In this document: in pieces, positions 31,973 through 44,023 of the stretch | Layout: each line of letters opens with the position of its first letter | How positions within the stretch are numbered: the first letter of the stretch is position 1 | Assembly: GCF_000372725.1 (NCBI RefSeq) | Contig: NW_005201338.1 | Coordinates: 228,041 to 292,040, forward strand | Source: Emiliania huxleyi CCMP1516 | Taxonomy: Eukaryota | Direction: 5' to 3' | DNA: 64,000 bases | Notes under the pieces: model-generated | Database searches by the model: none | What the model was told of the DNA's origin: nothing | What the model saw: only the letters and a program-made list of their open reading frames with translations | Program-made: the position numbers and the translations under genes

Positions 31973-32766
31973 ATGATCCTTAGAATCCGCACCAAGGACG
32001 GCACGGAGCGCATCACTGCCGACGCTTCCACCACGCTCTCCCGCTTGCGCGAGCAGATTGAGGCGCAGCTTGGTGTGCCAGTCGGGGAGCAGAGCCTCTG
32101 CCGGTCGGAGCAGCGGGGGCCGGTGCCGACAAAGGGCGCCGCCTTTGGCGCGTCGGACGACGCGCAGCCGCTCTCGGCGCTCGGGCTGGCGTCGGGCGAG
32201 ATTCTCTTCCTCGAGTACCAGCGCGACCGCGAGAACACCGAAAAGTACGTCAACAAGGACCCGTTCGTCGCGCTGGCCAAGGAGGGCGACCTCCGCGCGC
32301 AAGGCTCGGCGCAGTGGACGCTTACCAACTTCCTGGACTACCGCGCGACCAAAGAGTTCAAGCTCGAGGCGACGCCCGAGCCGCACAGCCGCTTCGTGAT
32401 GGTAGACCCGGCCGCGTCGCAACAGTTCATCAACTACTGCCTCAGCACCGGATTCGGCTCAAAGTGCATGGCCGCCCTCTCACCGACCTCGGCCCCCGAC
32501 CTCGGCCCCCCGCGCCTCTCCACCGACCTCCAGCCCCCCGCCCCCTCCGCCACCGCCGCCACCGCATCCACCACCGCCGCCGCCGCCGCCGTTGCCGCCA
32601 CCGCCGCCGCCGCCGCCGCCACCGCCGCTGCCGCTGCCGCCACCACCACCACCGCCGCCGCCGCCGCCGCAGCCGCGGCAGTGTGGTGATACGCGCCCCT
32701 GGGTGGCAGGCGAATCGGCTTCCTGTACGGCCGATGGGCGGCGGCGGAGAATGGCGCCGCCGCCGC

Positions 32767-32799
<33 letters not shown>

Positions 32800-33045
32800 G
32801 GCGGGCGGCGGGGCGGGTGGCGGGGCGGGCGGCGAGGAGGGCGTCGAGGTGCACGCCATCTACGAGCCGCGGCAGAGCTGCTCGAGCGACGAGGCGGCCG
32901 CGGCGAGACGGTGGTGGGCAGGACCGCGACACGGCGGCACGTCCGCGACGCGTCCACGACATGCGCACCGCAGGCGCTGATCGAGGTGGACCAGGCCGAG
33001 AAGGCGCGCCTCGACGCAATCGCGGGCATGCTCGGCCTCGTGCAG
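31973..33045 (+). CDS. NPL4: NPL4-like Cdc48/p97 cofactor; only the 5' three exons are seen (truncated)
   Basis: MILRIRTKDGTERI ubiquitin-like domain; RIGFLYG; VEVHAIYEPRQ; EKARLDAIAGMLGLVQ. No further exons found after the poly-C at about 33210. Confidence 0.82.
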
Positions 33046-33100
33046 GTCAGCGGTGTCATGGATTCAGTAGCGCCCGCCCGCCCGCTGGCCAAGGAGCCGT

Positions 33101-33192
33101 CCCGGACCCTTCCCGGACCCTTCCCGGACCCTTCCCGGACCCTTCCCGGACCCTTCCCGGACCCTTCCTGTAGCCTTCCTGTAGCCTTCCCG
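33101..33192 (+). repeat. 11-bp minisatellite (CCCGGACCCTT)x6 plus variants
   Basis: Direct reading. Confidence 0.92.
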
Positions 33193-33967
33193 GAGCCAGA
33201 CTTCTCGACCCCCCCCCCCCCCCCCCCAGGGGGGGTTGGTGCAGCGCTCTTGGCGGTCGTCCTGTGTCGCCAGCAGTGCCGGTGCTATGGTCTTGCGGCC
33301 GAGTCGGAGGGTGAGTCGGGCAGGGGCGCGGCCGAGCGGCGGAAGGGACGCGCATGACGCAGCTCGCAGCGCCCGAGAGGGGGGCAGCGCTCAGGCACAA
33401 GAGAGACCGTCGCCGGGTATGCGCTCCGCGCCCATTTTGTACGCCCCCGAGGCACGCCTGGCCCGGGAGGGGGAGGGCGGAGGGGTGGTCAGAGGGACGC
33501 GGCGGGCCGGGGAGGGAGGGGACGCGCGCGCCTTCGAGTACGCACTCGCGGTGACGGCCGGCTCGCAGGGGCCGCCAGCGCCGCTACGGAGCGCTGCCCG
33601 CCGGGAAGGTGCTTGGGAAGGGCGCTGGCGGTGATGTCGGTGCGGCGGGGTCTAACTCGGCGGCGAGAGGAGATGCCAAAAGGCGACTGTAGAGAGGCCG
33701 GAACATGTAGTGCGCCACGACGGCGGGAGAGCTCCCTCCCGTTGCCCCGCGGGCCGCCCCGAAGGGCCGTGCAGCCCACGCCCTCAGGCGCCGCTGTCGT
33801 CGGCGAGTGTCCTCGTCATGCGAGTGTCCTCGTCGGCGGCGTTTCGGTCCGCGGAAAACAAGCAGAGGCGGCGGCGCCGACTCCAGTGACTGCGGTCCGA
33901 GCAATGTGCGCCACGTGGGCCGGGCTCAATCGTTGGCAGCGGCAGAGAGCGAGTGCGCACCAGTGTG

Positions 33968-34192
33968 GTGGCAACCCCTATGTGGTGCAAAAAGTGCGCC
34001 GGCCGGCGCAAAGTGCGCCGGCGGCGCAAAGTGCGCCGGCGGCGCAAAGTGCGCCGGCGCCGGCGCAAAAGTGCGCCGGCGCCGGCGCAGATCTGCGCCG
34101 GCGCCGGCGCAGAAGTGCGCCGATTTCTGCGCCGATGCACTCTGCGCCGCCGCACCAAATAGGGGTTTTCACAACACATACTGGTTGCCCCT
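33968..34192. mobile_element. MITE-like element with imperfect TIR and internal GCGCCGGC repeats
   Basis: ggcaacccctatgtggtg ... caacacatactggttgcc. The right end acatactggttgccccttccta recurs at 23493-23514. Confidence 0.55.
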
Positions 34193-34195
34193 TCC

Positions 34196-35416
34196 TAGGC
34201 TCATCGGCCGCACGTCAGCGCCTGCCTTCACCGGCGTGCGTCACCACATCTTGGGCACGCAGAGCACCGTGCTCCTCTGCGGCTCCGACTTCAAGCCGGA
34301 GTGCGTTGACGTGCACTCTTGCGCCCGGTGCCGCTCGCTTGCGCAGAGGCACTGCTGCGCTTCACCAGAGTGTGCCGCTGCTGCTGCTGCTGAGGCTCTG
34401 CCCGCCAACGGCTCCGGCGGTGTGGCCGTCCGCTGGCTTCACATTCCAAAGTGCGGTTCGACTCTCGGCATCTCGCTGCTCCAGTACGCTTGCACGCCCG
34501 CGCTGCCCGCGTGGCACATCGTCTACATGGCGATGGCAGAGGGGCAGATCGACGTTGCGATGGCCCATGCCATCGANNNNNNNNNNNNNNNNNNNNNNNN
34601 NNNNNNNNNNNNNNNNNNNNNNNNNNNNNNNNNNNNNNNNNNNNNNNNNNNNNNNNNNNNNNNNNNNNNNNNNNNNNCTACCACGCTTGGGGCATCACGC
34701 GGCACGCCTCCCGCACGGCGATGAAGCACGCGGCGCCGACCGTCGACTTGTGGGCTCGCTTCCCCGGCGTCGCGGGCTGCCAGGTCAAGATGCTCAACGG
34801 GCTCGACTGCGGCGCCCTGCCCCCTTCGCGTGGCGCTCAGGCCTTGCTCGCGCGCGCCATTCGATTGCTCCGCTCCGACGCGTTCGTCTTTGTCGGACTC
34901 GTGGAGCGGTGGCGCGAGTCGGTCTGTTTGCTGCACGCATCGCTCGGCCGAGGCACGGCGCCCGTCGAGGGCGAGATGCAGTCGCTCGGCCACTCCCGCA
35001 ACTCGGACGCGCGCCGCGGCGGCGGCGGCTGCCGGCTCAAGGACAAGGACGGGGTCTGCTACGGATCGGCAGGACGGGGGTACAACGCGTCGGTGCTGCG
35101 CGGCTTCCGCGACGAGCTCGACGAGCCGCTCTACGCGGCGGCAGAGGAGGAGTTTGAGAGGCGGCTGCGCCTCCACCGGGTGGCGGGCGGGCCGGCGGGC
35201 GTCGCGGCGGACGTTGCGGCGGGCGCTGCGACGGGCGGGGCTTTGGGCGGGGCGGCGAAAGCGGCGCCCGGGAAGGGGTTGCGTTTTCGGTCCGGAGGGC
35301 GCGCAAGGCGATTTGCCAACAGATCCAAGAGAGGGGTGGCGCTGACCTTGGCGGCCCAGCGAAGGGCTCCCCAAGCCGCCGGTAAGGAGAGCCAGGAGGA
35401 GGTATCTCGGATGTGA
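34196..35416 (+). CDS. Sulfotransferase-family protein, copy 2 (inverted duplicate spanning the N gap 34577-34677)
   Basis: Reverse complement of 19815-21138 with a few substitutions. Confidence 0.65.
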
Positions 35417-35526
35417 ACTCGCGCAGCCGAGAAACGAGGACAACCGATGCATGTCCTCGTGTCCTGTTGCAGTGTCCTGTCATAAAATACAGTGTTCACA
35501 TCCCACAAGTTTGCAACCCAATCTGA

Positions 35527-36348
35527 GCCCTGGCTGTCACGTGACACTGTCAGGCTGTTGGCTGTCAGGTGCTGTCAGGTGATCTGTCAGGCTGTCAGGC
35601 ACTTCAGGCACTGTCAGGTGCCTCTGTCAGACCAGCTGTCAGGTGCTGTCACGTGTCAGTGCTGTCGGGTGCTGTCGGGTGCTTGTCTGACATCAGAGGG
35701 CTCTGACACACTATCCACACTTATGACATTATCAAGAGGAGACCAGCAGGACTCTACTAAACATACTCTAGTCGTCTCTACTCTGCCTAGAAGGGGTCCG
35801 CCTGGGCGCTGGGGAGCGCAGACTGGCCCACCCGGGCCGCAGATGTGTGGCGGCGCAGGCGCAGGCGGCGGCGCCCCGGCAGCGCGGCACAGACGGCGGC
35901 GGCCACCCCCACCCAGACGCCGTAGGCATATGACTGTAGGGCCCCAGAAGGCTAGCTGGTAGCTTCATTTGTAGTAGCACAGCCGCCGGTGCTAGAGAGG
36001 GGTCCGCAGAGGTGGGGCGGGAGGGACGGAGGGTTGAGAGAGAGACCCATGACTACATGGACCACACTCACATGTCTTTGCATGTAATAGTTTGTTATAC
36101 CCTCATGGGGCGCAAGAAAGAGGCTGCACGGCCTGTGTACGGTCTGTGCTGCTCAGGTGCTGCTGTCGGGCTGGTCGGGCTGTCGGGCTCTCAAGGAGCG
36201 CTGCTGTCAGGCCACTGTGTGCTGTTGGGCTGTCAGGCAGCTGTCAGGCTGTCACGTTAGGGCCTGACAGCGACGGAGCCCCTCTGATGTCAGACTCTGC
36301 TGTCAGGCTGTCAGATACGTGCTGTCAGACTGTCAGAGAAAGGCTAGT
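35527..36348. mobile_element. Non-autonomous element with CTGTCAG/CTGACA subterminal arrays at both ends
   Basis: Dense ctgtca(g) arrays at 35533-35710 and 36145-36340. It begins close to where homology to 18790 ends. No TSD found. Confidence 0.55.
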
Positions 36349-37974
36349 TCCATTTCACTGTGGCACAGCTCGCGTTACAAACCTTGATTTGACCATTTGC
36401 GCAAAAAGGTACATCTCGGTGCCTTCCAGAGGCAGCTGCCACCCCGCCGAGTGGACGGGCGCACACAGCAGGTGGCGCGGTGTGCGCCCGTCCACTCAGC
36501 GGGGTCGCAGCTGCCTCTGCGCGTCCTGTGGATGTACCTTTGTTGCGCGCCGGAGACGACTCGACGCCGCTGAGATTGGAGATCAAGCTCTGACAAGTCA
36601 CCTGTCGCTCCGTTGACGCCGACGTGACTCACCCGTGCAGATCACATCATGACACGGTCTCGACGCGCTCGGTACGACGCCTGCGACCCGTCTTGGGTCA
36701 GGTGGCACGACGCTCATCGCGCCTACCAGCGCTGCCGTACAGGTTGCCACGACGAGGTCGAGCACGCTTCTATACGCTCGCCCAGCCTTCCTTTCCATCC
36801 CATTAGGCAGCCTGGGAACGGTGGCGGTCAGAGGCAAAGCCTGCGAGGGGTGGTGGAACCACATGTCACGGCTACTGCCGGCTCGACCCCCCACGATAGC
36901 CTCCGGAGGCTGACTTTGCGGCACCATCATCGGACGACGTCGGCGAGTTGAGTCGCTCTCGCGGTAGCCAGATGACCTCTCATACTAGTATCATCGGCCA
37001 TGGCCGCAGGAAGCGCGGGGGATTCCGCTGGGAGCAACACGGAGCTCCGTTGGACGCGTTTTCAAGATTAGCGTGTCAGAGTGAATTGGAAGGCCGACTA
37101 CACGGTAAGGCATACGGACCTTGCAGAAAACCTTTTCCTTCTAAGCAGGGCTACACAATGACCCTATAGTGTGTGGGTGTTCCTGGCGAGTTGTGATGAG
37201 TAGAATTAGACTAGCCAATACTATTTTGAAGTTCATATATGAAAATACCAACTTGCCTATGTGCACGTCTCCGCCGCGGCGGCCCGGAGGCGGCCCGGCG
37301 GAGCGGTCAGAGCAGCACTGCGCGGGCCGGCGATCGACTCTCGACTATAGTACGGGCTCTATTGAATGGCCTCAAGGTGCTCTCTAGGGCTGCCCTATTC
37401 CGCTCGCCCGGCTACGTCGCCGGGCTTCGAAGGAAAAGGTTTCGCTCGGCACGGCGTCGGAGAGCAAACTTCGACGTTCGTCCTATAGTGGAAGCTGGAC
37501 GCACGTAGGCAAGTGGCCCATGACCAGGCGGGCTGCTGCTCAGAATCTGGGCCGTCGGCGCTCGCTCTCGCGCTCTTCATAACGGCGTTGCCCCCTCCCT
37601 CCCGCGCCGACGTTGGGCAGCCCGACCACGACAACGTCAGCGCCGCTGGCCTGCAACTCGAGGCGCCTTTGAATGAGCACGAGCCGGTGCGCGGCGGCGG
37701 CGCGGGTGATGCAGCCCAAGGTGACGGCGACGGCAGAGGGGGCGGCGCCGGCGGCGGAGGAGGCGGCAGCGGCGGCGATGGCCGCGGGGCCGGCCCGCCC
37801 GCCTTTGCTGCTGGTGCTGTGGGCATCATCACAGCTCAGCGGCGGTGTGCGACCAGGGCCAGTGGTAGACTTTCGACGCGGTGAGGCTGCTCTCTGAGCA
37901 ATGACACTAGCAAGAGCATCATGTGTGTCATCGGAGTCACTTGTATTACGATACCACCACGCCGCCACGCTCGC

Positions 37975-38045
37975 AAGGGCCGCCTAAGCGCCTAAGCACC
38001 CTAAGCACCCCCCCGCTTAGGCCGCTTAGGCGCTTAGGCGAGTGA
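37975..38045. repeat. Hairpin of CCTAAGC x3 and GCTTAGG x3
   Basis: cgcctaagcgcctaagcaccctaagc...gcttaggccgcttaggcgcttaggcg. Confidence 0.75.
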
Positions 38046-38694
38046 CGGCCGGCTGCCCGGGGCCTGGCGTGCCTCCGCCGTGGGCTGAGCGCCCGGGAGA
38101 GCCACTCTGCAAGTGGTGTGCGAGCGTGTAGCCTTTAGCGTGCAGTCGGCCATTATATATTAAATCTCAAGAATTCTCTGTGAATATAGATTCTCATTGA
38201 GTGTACTAACCCCTGTAGGACATATCCACACTTTACACACACATTGAGTCCTTTCACAGCAGCAGTTCTCATGGCAGACACGGGTGACACGGGTGACACG
38301 GGTGACACGGCACTTTTTTGAGATTCGAGAAATTCGCAAAAAAATTCCGCAAACTTGCAAGTTTGCGGAAAAAAATCAATCTGCCAGAAAGTTTTTTGAG
38401 GGACCCGTGTCGCGTGTCGCCGTGTCAGAAAAAATATTTTTTTTCTCCCTGACTCCCTCCCTCCCCCCTCCCCCCGCACCCCCCTCCCTCCCTCCCCCCG
38501 CACCCCCCTCCCTCCCACCCCGTCGGGTCTGTCAAACGTGCAAGTTAGAGAGGACAAAAAAAGAAAAGAAAAATTACCACCGACCAAACCCCTCTCCCTC
38601 CCTCCCCAATACCCCCACCCACCCTCCCCAGTAACCCGGAGGCTTGAAGCGGCCTCCACCCCCCCCTGGAACCAAAATCCGAATCTCTTTGTCT

Positions 38695-39846
38695 AACCCC
38701 CTAAACAAATAAAAGTACGGCGCTCCGGAACCGCAGGTTTTGAGCGCCGGTACCGGCATTTGCCCGGTACCGCCCAAGCGAGGTACCGGTCGAGAGAGAG
38801 ATGTCAGCGGCGGCCCAGGATGACAGAATTGGCCTTCGCCAGACTGAGGACTATTGTGCGCCTCGGCGAGGCGGTTCCGGACATCCCGATTCCGAGCGCG
38901 GTGGACTTCATCTTGCCGGTCAACTGCCGGCGGTCGACAGCTGCTCGGCCGAGCAGCGTCGGGTACCGCCGGCAAGATGAACTCACCTGAAGCTGAGCCG
39001 CGGCATGCGGGGCGGCACGCCGCTGCTCGAACGGCAGTNNNNNNNNNNNNNNNNNNNNNNNNNNNNNNNNNNNNNNNNNNNNNNNNNNNNNNNNNNNNNN
39101 NNNNNNNNNNNNNNNNNNNNNNNNNNNNNNNNNNNNNNTTGGGCCGCAGAGCGGGTAGGCGGCAGAGGTCGCCGTGTTGAACGGCTCGCTGAGGTACGCC
39201 GAGAGCTCGTTGTTGCGCTCGCACCAGTCAAAGTCGCTGTCGACCGGACCCCAGTACGACTGTGTCGAGCCCGCATGCCGCGTCTCCCGGCAGACCACGA
39301 TCATGTCGAAGTCCACCGCGCTCGGAAAAAATACCTTCGGAACCGCTTTGCCAAGGCGCACAATAGTCAGACTGACAGCATTTTCCAGATGCGTCATCCT
39401 GGGCCGCTGGAAAATGCTCTCAACCCCGTACCCTCTGTGACCGTCTGCCGGTCGCCATTTATTTCTGGCTGCCGAGGATGCCACAACTGGAAAACACTGT
39501 CAGTCTGACTATTGTGCGCCTTGGCGAGGCGGTCCCGGTGGTATTTTTTTCGAGCGCAGTGGACTTCATCTTGCTGGTCTGTGCCGGCGGTCGACAGCTG
39601 CTCGGCCGAGCTGCTGTCGACCACCGGCAGTTGACCGGCAAGATGAAGTCCACTGCGCTCGCGATCGGGATGTCCGGAACCGCCTCGCCGAGGCGCACAA
39701 TAGTCCTCAGTCTGGCGAAGGCCAATTCTGTCATCCTGGAAAGCCCAGAGCGGGACGTCAAGAGGCTAAAACGGCCGAAAAGCAGCACTGTTTCTGGGCG
39801 GTACTCACGGTACCTCGAGGCGCTACCTTTATTTGTTTAGGGGGTT
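38695..39846. mobile_element. Fold-back TIR element with four internal ~130-bp related modules; spans the N gap 39039-39138
   Basis: AACCCCCTAAACAAATAAA ... TTTATTTGTTTAGGGGGTT. 38818-38958 is inverted at about 39595-39738, and there is a ~200-bp near-palindrome at 39507-39705. Confidence 0.75.
39139..39280 (-). pseudogene. N-terminal fragment of an alkaline ceramidase (CREST family)
   Basis: YWGPVDSDFDWCERN..LSAYLSEPFNTATS matches the YWG..S..DWCE.N....Y..E..NT.S signature. Confidence 0.75.
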
Positions 39847-39893
39847 TACGGCCAGCCCCGCGCCGCACCCTGTGTCCCAATCCAACATACACG

Positions 39894-40619
39894 ATGACCG
39901 AGCTCGCGCGAGCGTTGCAGGGCGCCCAGGACGGGTGGATCCTTGAGGACGCCGAGTGGATCGCGGCCGCGGGCGGTGTGCACGAGCTGGAGCTTGCGCT
40001 CAAGGCAAGTGAGGATGGGCGTGTGGTCGACGTGTACCTCAGATGTCGCAAGGACCTTAGGGAGTTGCCAGCGTCGCTGGGAAGGCTCACGGCGCTCCGG
40101 TCGCTCAAGCTGAGTGGCTGCTTCTCACTGACGGCCCTGCCCGACCTCTCCACTCTCGTCTCGCTGCAGGAGCTCGTGGTTGGGGGCGCGTCCAACTCGC
40201 TGACAGCCCTCCCCGACCTCAGCGCCCTGGCCTCGCTGCGGAGGCTCGAGTTGGCCAACCTCCCCGCGCTGACGGCCCTGCCCAATCGCTCTTCTCCCTC
40301 CACGTTGCAGACGCTCAGCATCGACTTGTGCAGCAGCCTGACGGCCGTCCCGGACTTCTCAACCCTGACCTCCCTGCAGGGGCTCTGCGTGCAACGCTGC
40401 TCCTGGCAGACAATGCCCGGTCTCGTCCTTCTCACCTCGCTACAGTGCCTCTGCGTGATCAACTCTGACCTCACGGAGCTGCCCGACCTCTCCGCTCTCA
40501 CCTCGCTGCAGGAGCTCGACGTCAGCCACTGCGCCCTGAAGGCCCTGCCCAAACTGCCTGCCGGCGTCAAGGTCAGGCACACGCTCGACGGCTTCGATCC
40601 GTACGCGTGGGGCGAGTGA
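39894..40619 (+). CDS. Leucine-rich repeat protein
   Basis: About 7 repeats of LxxLPDLSxLxSLQELxL. Confidence 0.88.
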   Translation: MTELARALQGAQDGWILEDAEWIAAAGGVHELELALKASEDGRVVDVYLRCRKDLRELPASLGRLTALRSLKLSGCFSLTALPDLSTLVSLQELVVGGASNSLTALPDLSALASLRRLELANLPALTALPNRSSPSTLQTLSIDLCSSLTAVPDFSTLTSLQGLCVQRCSWQTMPGLVLLTSLQCLCVINSDLTELPDLSALTSLQELDVSHCALKALPKLPAGVKVRHTLDGFDPYAWGE

Positions 40620-42649
40620 GCTGCTGCTACTGCGCGATCTCAACGAGAGCAACATTTTCGACGGTTTGGAACGTGTGGTTGCGAGGGGGCATGGTTAGCG
40701 TCAGATTTTTTCCACATCGTACTACGTTATTTTCTCTCCCGGTCGGATGAAGGTCGAAGGAGCACGTATGCTGCTATGCTCTGCTGCCGCGCTTGCCCCA
40801 ATTTCTTCTACATATTCGGTCCCAACGTACCGGAAAAGTACATGTGCATGAGCTTGAAAATCGCTCCAAAGAGCTCCAAAGAGCATGCACATGCACATGT
40901 GCATGTCTGGGCCCCCGGGGGCCCATCTACAGCAGCGGCGAAGTGAGCGTGTTTGTGGTGTTGGTGTGGCGTCTGAGCTTGGATCTGTGACTAAAGCCGG
41001 TTACCACTGATGGATCCCCACCCGAATAACACACAGTGAGCGCCCCAGCGCTTGGTTCACTACGCCCTCCGCGCGAAATCGCTAGTGGTGCTTTGTGGTA
41101 GTACATTGTACTTTTGAGTAGTATGGGTACATGAAACGGACGGACGGACGGAAAAACACCCCCCCTTTTATGCCTGACCCTGGGCATGCCTCTCTGGGGG
41201 TGAGCTGGGTCGGCCACCTCCGGGTCTGCAGCTCGCACGGTGAGGCCGCATCCGGGCGAGCATCCGAGGCCCGCGGTTGTCCTTTCGCCGGGCGCGACCG
41301 CCATGGAGATCCGCTGCACACAGATCAGTGGTTTTGTCGACTTTTGCTCGCTCTCTGTGCACTCGCAACGCCAGAGGCCGTGCTCGGAGAATGCGTCGCA
41401 ATGCTGCTGCGCCAGTGGATTGAGCCGCTTCGCAAGCTCCATCGGTGAGCTGCGGCGGCGCGCCGGCCGCTCCATGCATAGCTCTCGGGCGAGCTGCCGC
41501 AAACGCGTTTTCCGTCCGCCCGTTTCATCGAGTTTGCCCGAGTGGTAAAATGCAATCGAATTTGCCCGAGTGGTCTGATGGGAAAAATCCAAAGGTGGCC
41601 CCGAGAGCTAAAGGTCAACATCCCCTCCGGCTACGACAATGCGAACCTGATCTGGTCCTCACGGGGTTGACCCGTCTCCTCCAGATCGGGACGGACTTCA
41701 TGGACGGCCGAGCAATAGTTCTTCATTACTATTATTAATTCATGCTCTTTGCACGGCTGAGCCCCCCCCCCCCCCTTTCCCCAATGGCCCCCCCCCCCCC
41801 CCCACCCACGGCCTGCCCATCTCGGCCGATGTGGCGCACCCGACCTCCGTCACCGCTCGCAGGTGAGGAAAGGCACGACTCATAATGAATGATGGGCCTG
41901 GCTCGTGCGGCCGCGGCCGCGGCATATGATGAATTAACGCCCAGCACGTCTGCGTCGCGGGATCCCAACGTCCCGTCGCCGATCCATCCCGCATCGTAGG
42001 TGTGGGCAATCAATTCGGTTACCCTATAGCGGTTACCGCCAAGTTTCATTTCGGCGGTTGCGATATCTAGTACTCCGCAAGCGCGGCCATAACAAACATC
42101 GCAAAAAGCGTGTCGTCATCGTCTGTCTCGCGCCCACCCATACCGCGCTGGTGTCCAGTCCGAGCCTGACTGATCTTCACCTTCCTACATACATACATAC
42201 ATACACGGGTCTCCGAGGGTTGGCTCCGCGTACCGGGTTTCCCTTAATTGCATGCATGCATGCATGCAGAACGCCCCCTCCCTCTACTCCGGAGCTAGTG
42301 GGGGTGCGCACGCGGCCCTTCCCCCTCCGCATCCCACGTAGACTAACGCGCAGCGGGGTATTTCAGAAGGTCGTATGAAGAGCGACTCGGATTTCGTTTT
42401 TCTTTCTTATCAACCTTGGTTTGAGCTCTCACTACTTGAGTATAGCTGGACTCTAGAGGCCGTCATCGCATTCGCCTTCCTGGGACCCAGCGCTGACTTC
42501 TGACTGTCGTTGCTGTCTCTCCCTTCTCGACTGTCTGTGCTTGTGCGTCTTGGGTCCGGGGTTGTGTTTTTGCGTGAACAGCGCCTCTCAAAACTTTCGA
42601 CCTCGGAGGTGAATGTCCCCCCCCCCCCCGTCCCCCCCTCACCTCCAAG

Positions 42650-43666
42650 ATGCTCACCAGTCTCGAAGTCCTCGGCCAAAAGACGGCGCATCCGCCGTCA
42701 TTCCTCTCAAGTGAGCTGCCCCGCGGCTAGCTCGTAGCGCCAACTTACTACACAAACGGTCGCGACGCGGCGGCGCTAGCCCTCACTGATCGCAAGGCGG
42801 CGCTAGCTCTCACTGATCGCAACCCTCCCCGCCCACAACTGCCAGCCTTCCTCGGCTGCTTCATCGGACTGGGCGGCCTTGCTTTTGGCGAAGTCTTCCT
42901 CCGCGAGCTGTGCTCTCCGGCTCCCGCCGCGCTGAACATCTCGGCCTCGCCGCCTGCTTCGCCACCGTCGGCCGGCTCGCCCGCTCCGCCGCCAGCATAC
43001 TTGTACACCGCAGACGCTCTCCCGAACGCCACGTCCATCATGAGTGCAGAGACGTGCGACGAGCTCGGCTTCTGGCTCTCGGACCACGCGCTGCTCTTCG
43101 TCGGCTCGTTTGGGGCCCTCGCCACCCTCCTCTTCGCGGCTCCGGCGGCGCCTCTCGGCAAGCCGAAGAACACACTCGGAGGCCACACGCTCGCGGTGAG
43201 CACGGCGCTGGCGATCGCATCGCTCGAGCTGGACCCGGTGCTCGAAAAGATCCTTACGCCCTCGCTCGCCATCGCGCTGATGCTGCAGTTCAAAGTGGTG
43301 CATCCCCCCGCCGCGGCGTGCTCCATCATCTTCTCCTCCGCCGTCAAGGACAAGTTCAAGAACCCGCTGTACTTGTTCTTCCCGACTCTGCTCGGGTGCA
43401 CCTGGATGCTGCTCGTGCAGTACCTCGTGGCCCGCTCGGTCCACTCGTCCAAGTCTGCTGGGCCCGCGCCGGGGCCGGCGGCCTCGCGCACCGTCACCAT
43501 CGCGCCGCCCGCGCCCGCCGCCAGCGGGCCGGACAAGCCAGCGTTCAAGGTGCCTACCAAGGGCGAGATTGACAAGCTCCGCGCCGCCTACTCGTCGAGC
43601 AAGCGGCAGCCCGACCTGAGCACCATGACCTCGCTCGACAGCCTCAAGCTCACCCTCCATGCATGA
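42650..43666 (+). CDS. HPP-family integral membrane protein (predicted intron 42711-42845)
   Basis: FLGCFIGL, GSFGALATLLFAAPAAPLGKP.N.LGGH, SLAIALM....VVHPPAAA. The GT..AG intron joins in frame. Confidence 0.85.
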
Positions 43667-44023
43667 GAGACGAACACCCCTCTCAGCCACCCCTCCCGGG
43701 GGCCCGCCCGCCGCAGACGCGGTGCGGATGCCCTGCGCCCCTTTGGTCGGAACGGGTGCTGCCTGGGCGGAACTTCAACTGGCTCGGCTCTTTAGCTCGC
43801 TAGCGCAGGCACAGCGGGCAGGGACCTCTCTCTGCGCTCTAGTCTGCTCTGGCAGGGACATGCGCGCCGGAGAACCGGGCAAAATGTACAATTCTGTGAC
43901 AACTGGTGCGCTACGCTCCGAGCTGCCACTGAGTCCTCGATGTGTACATTTTTCCCTTTCGATTATCTCTAGGAGTTAGGAACAAGATTGAAGCTAGGAT
44001 TGCGGAGGAAGGCTTCTCTAGCG

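Noticed and set aside
33990..34150. Repeats that might be a CRISPR array (also 33101-33192, 35533-35710, 52720-53045)
   Set aside because: There are no unique spacers of constant length and no cas genes, and the context is eukaryotic.
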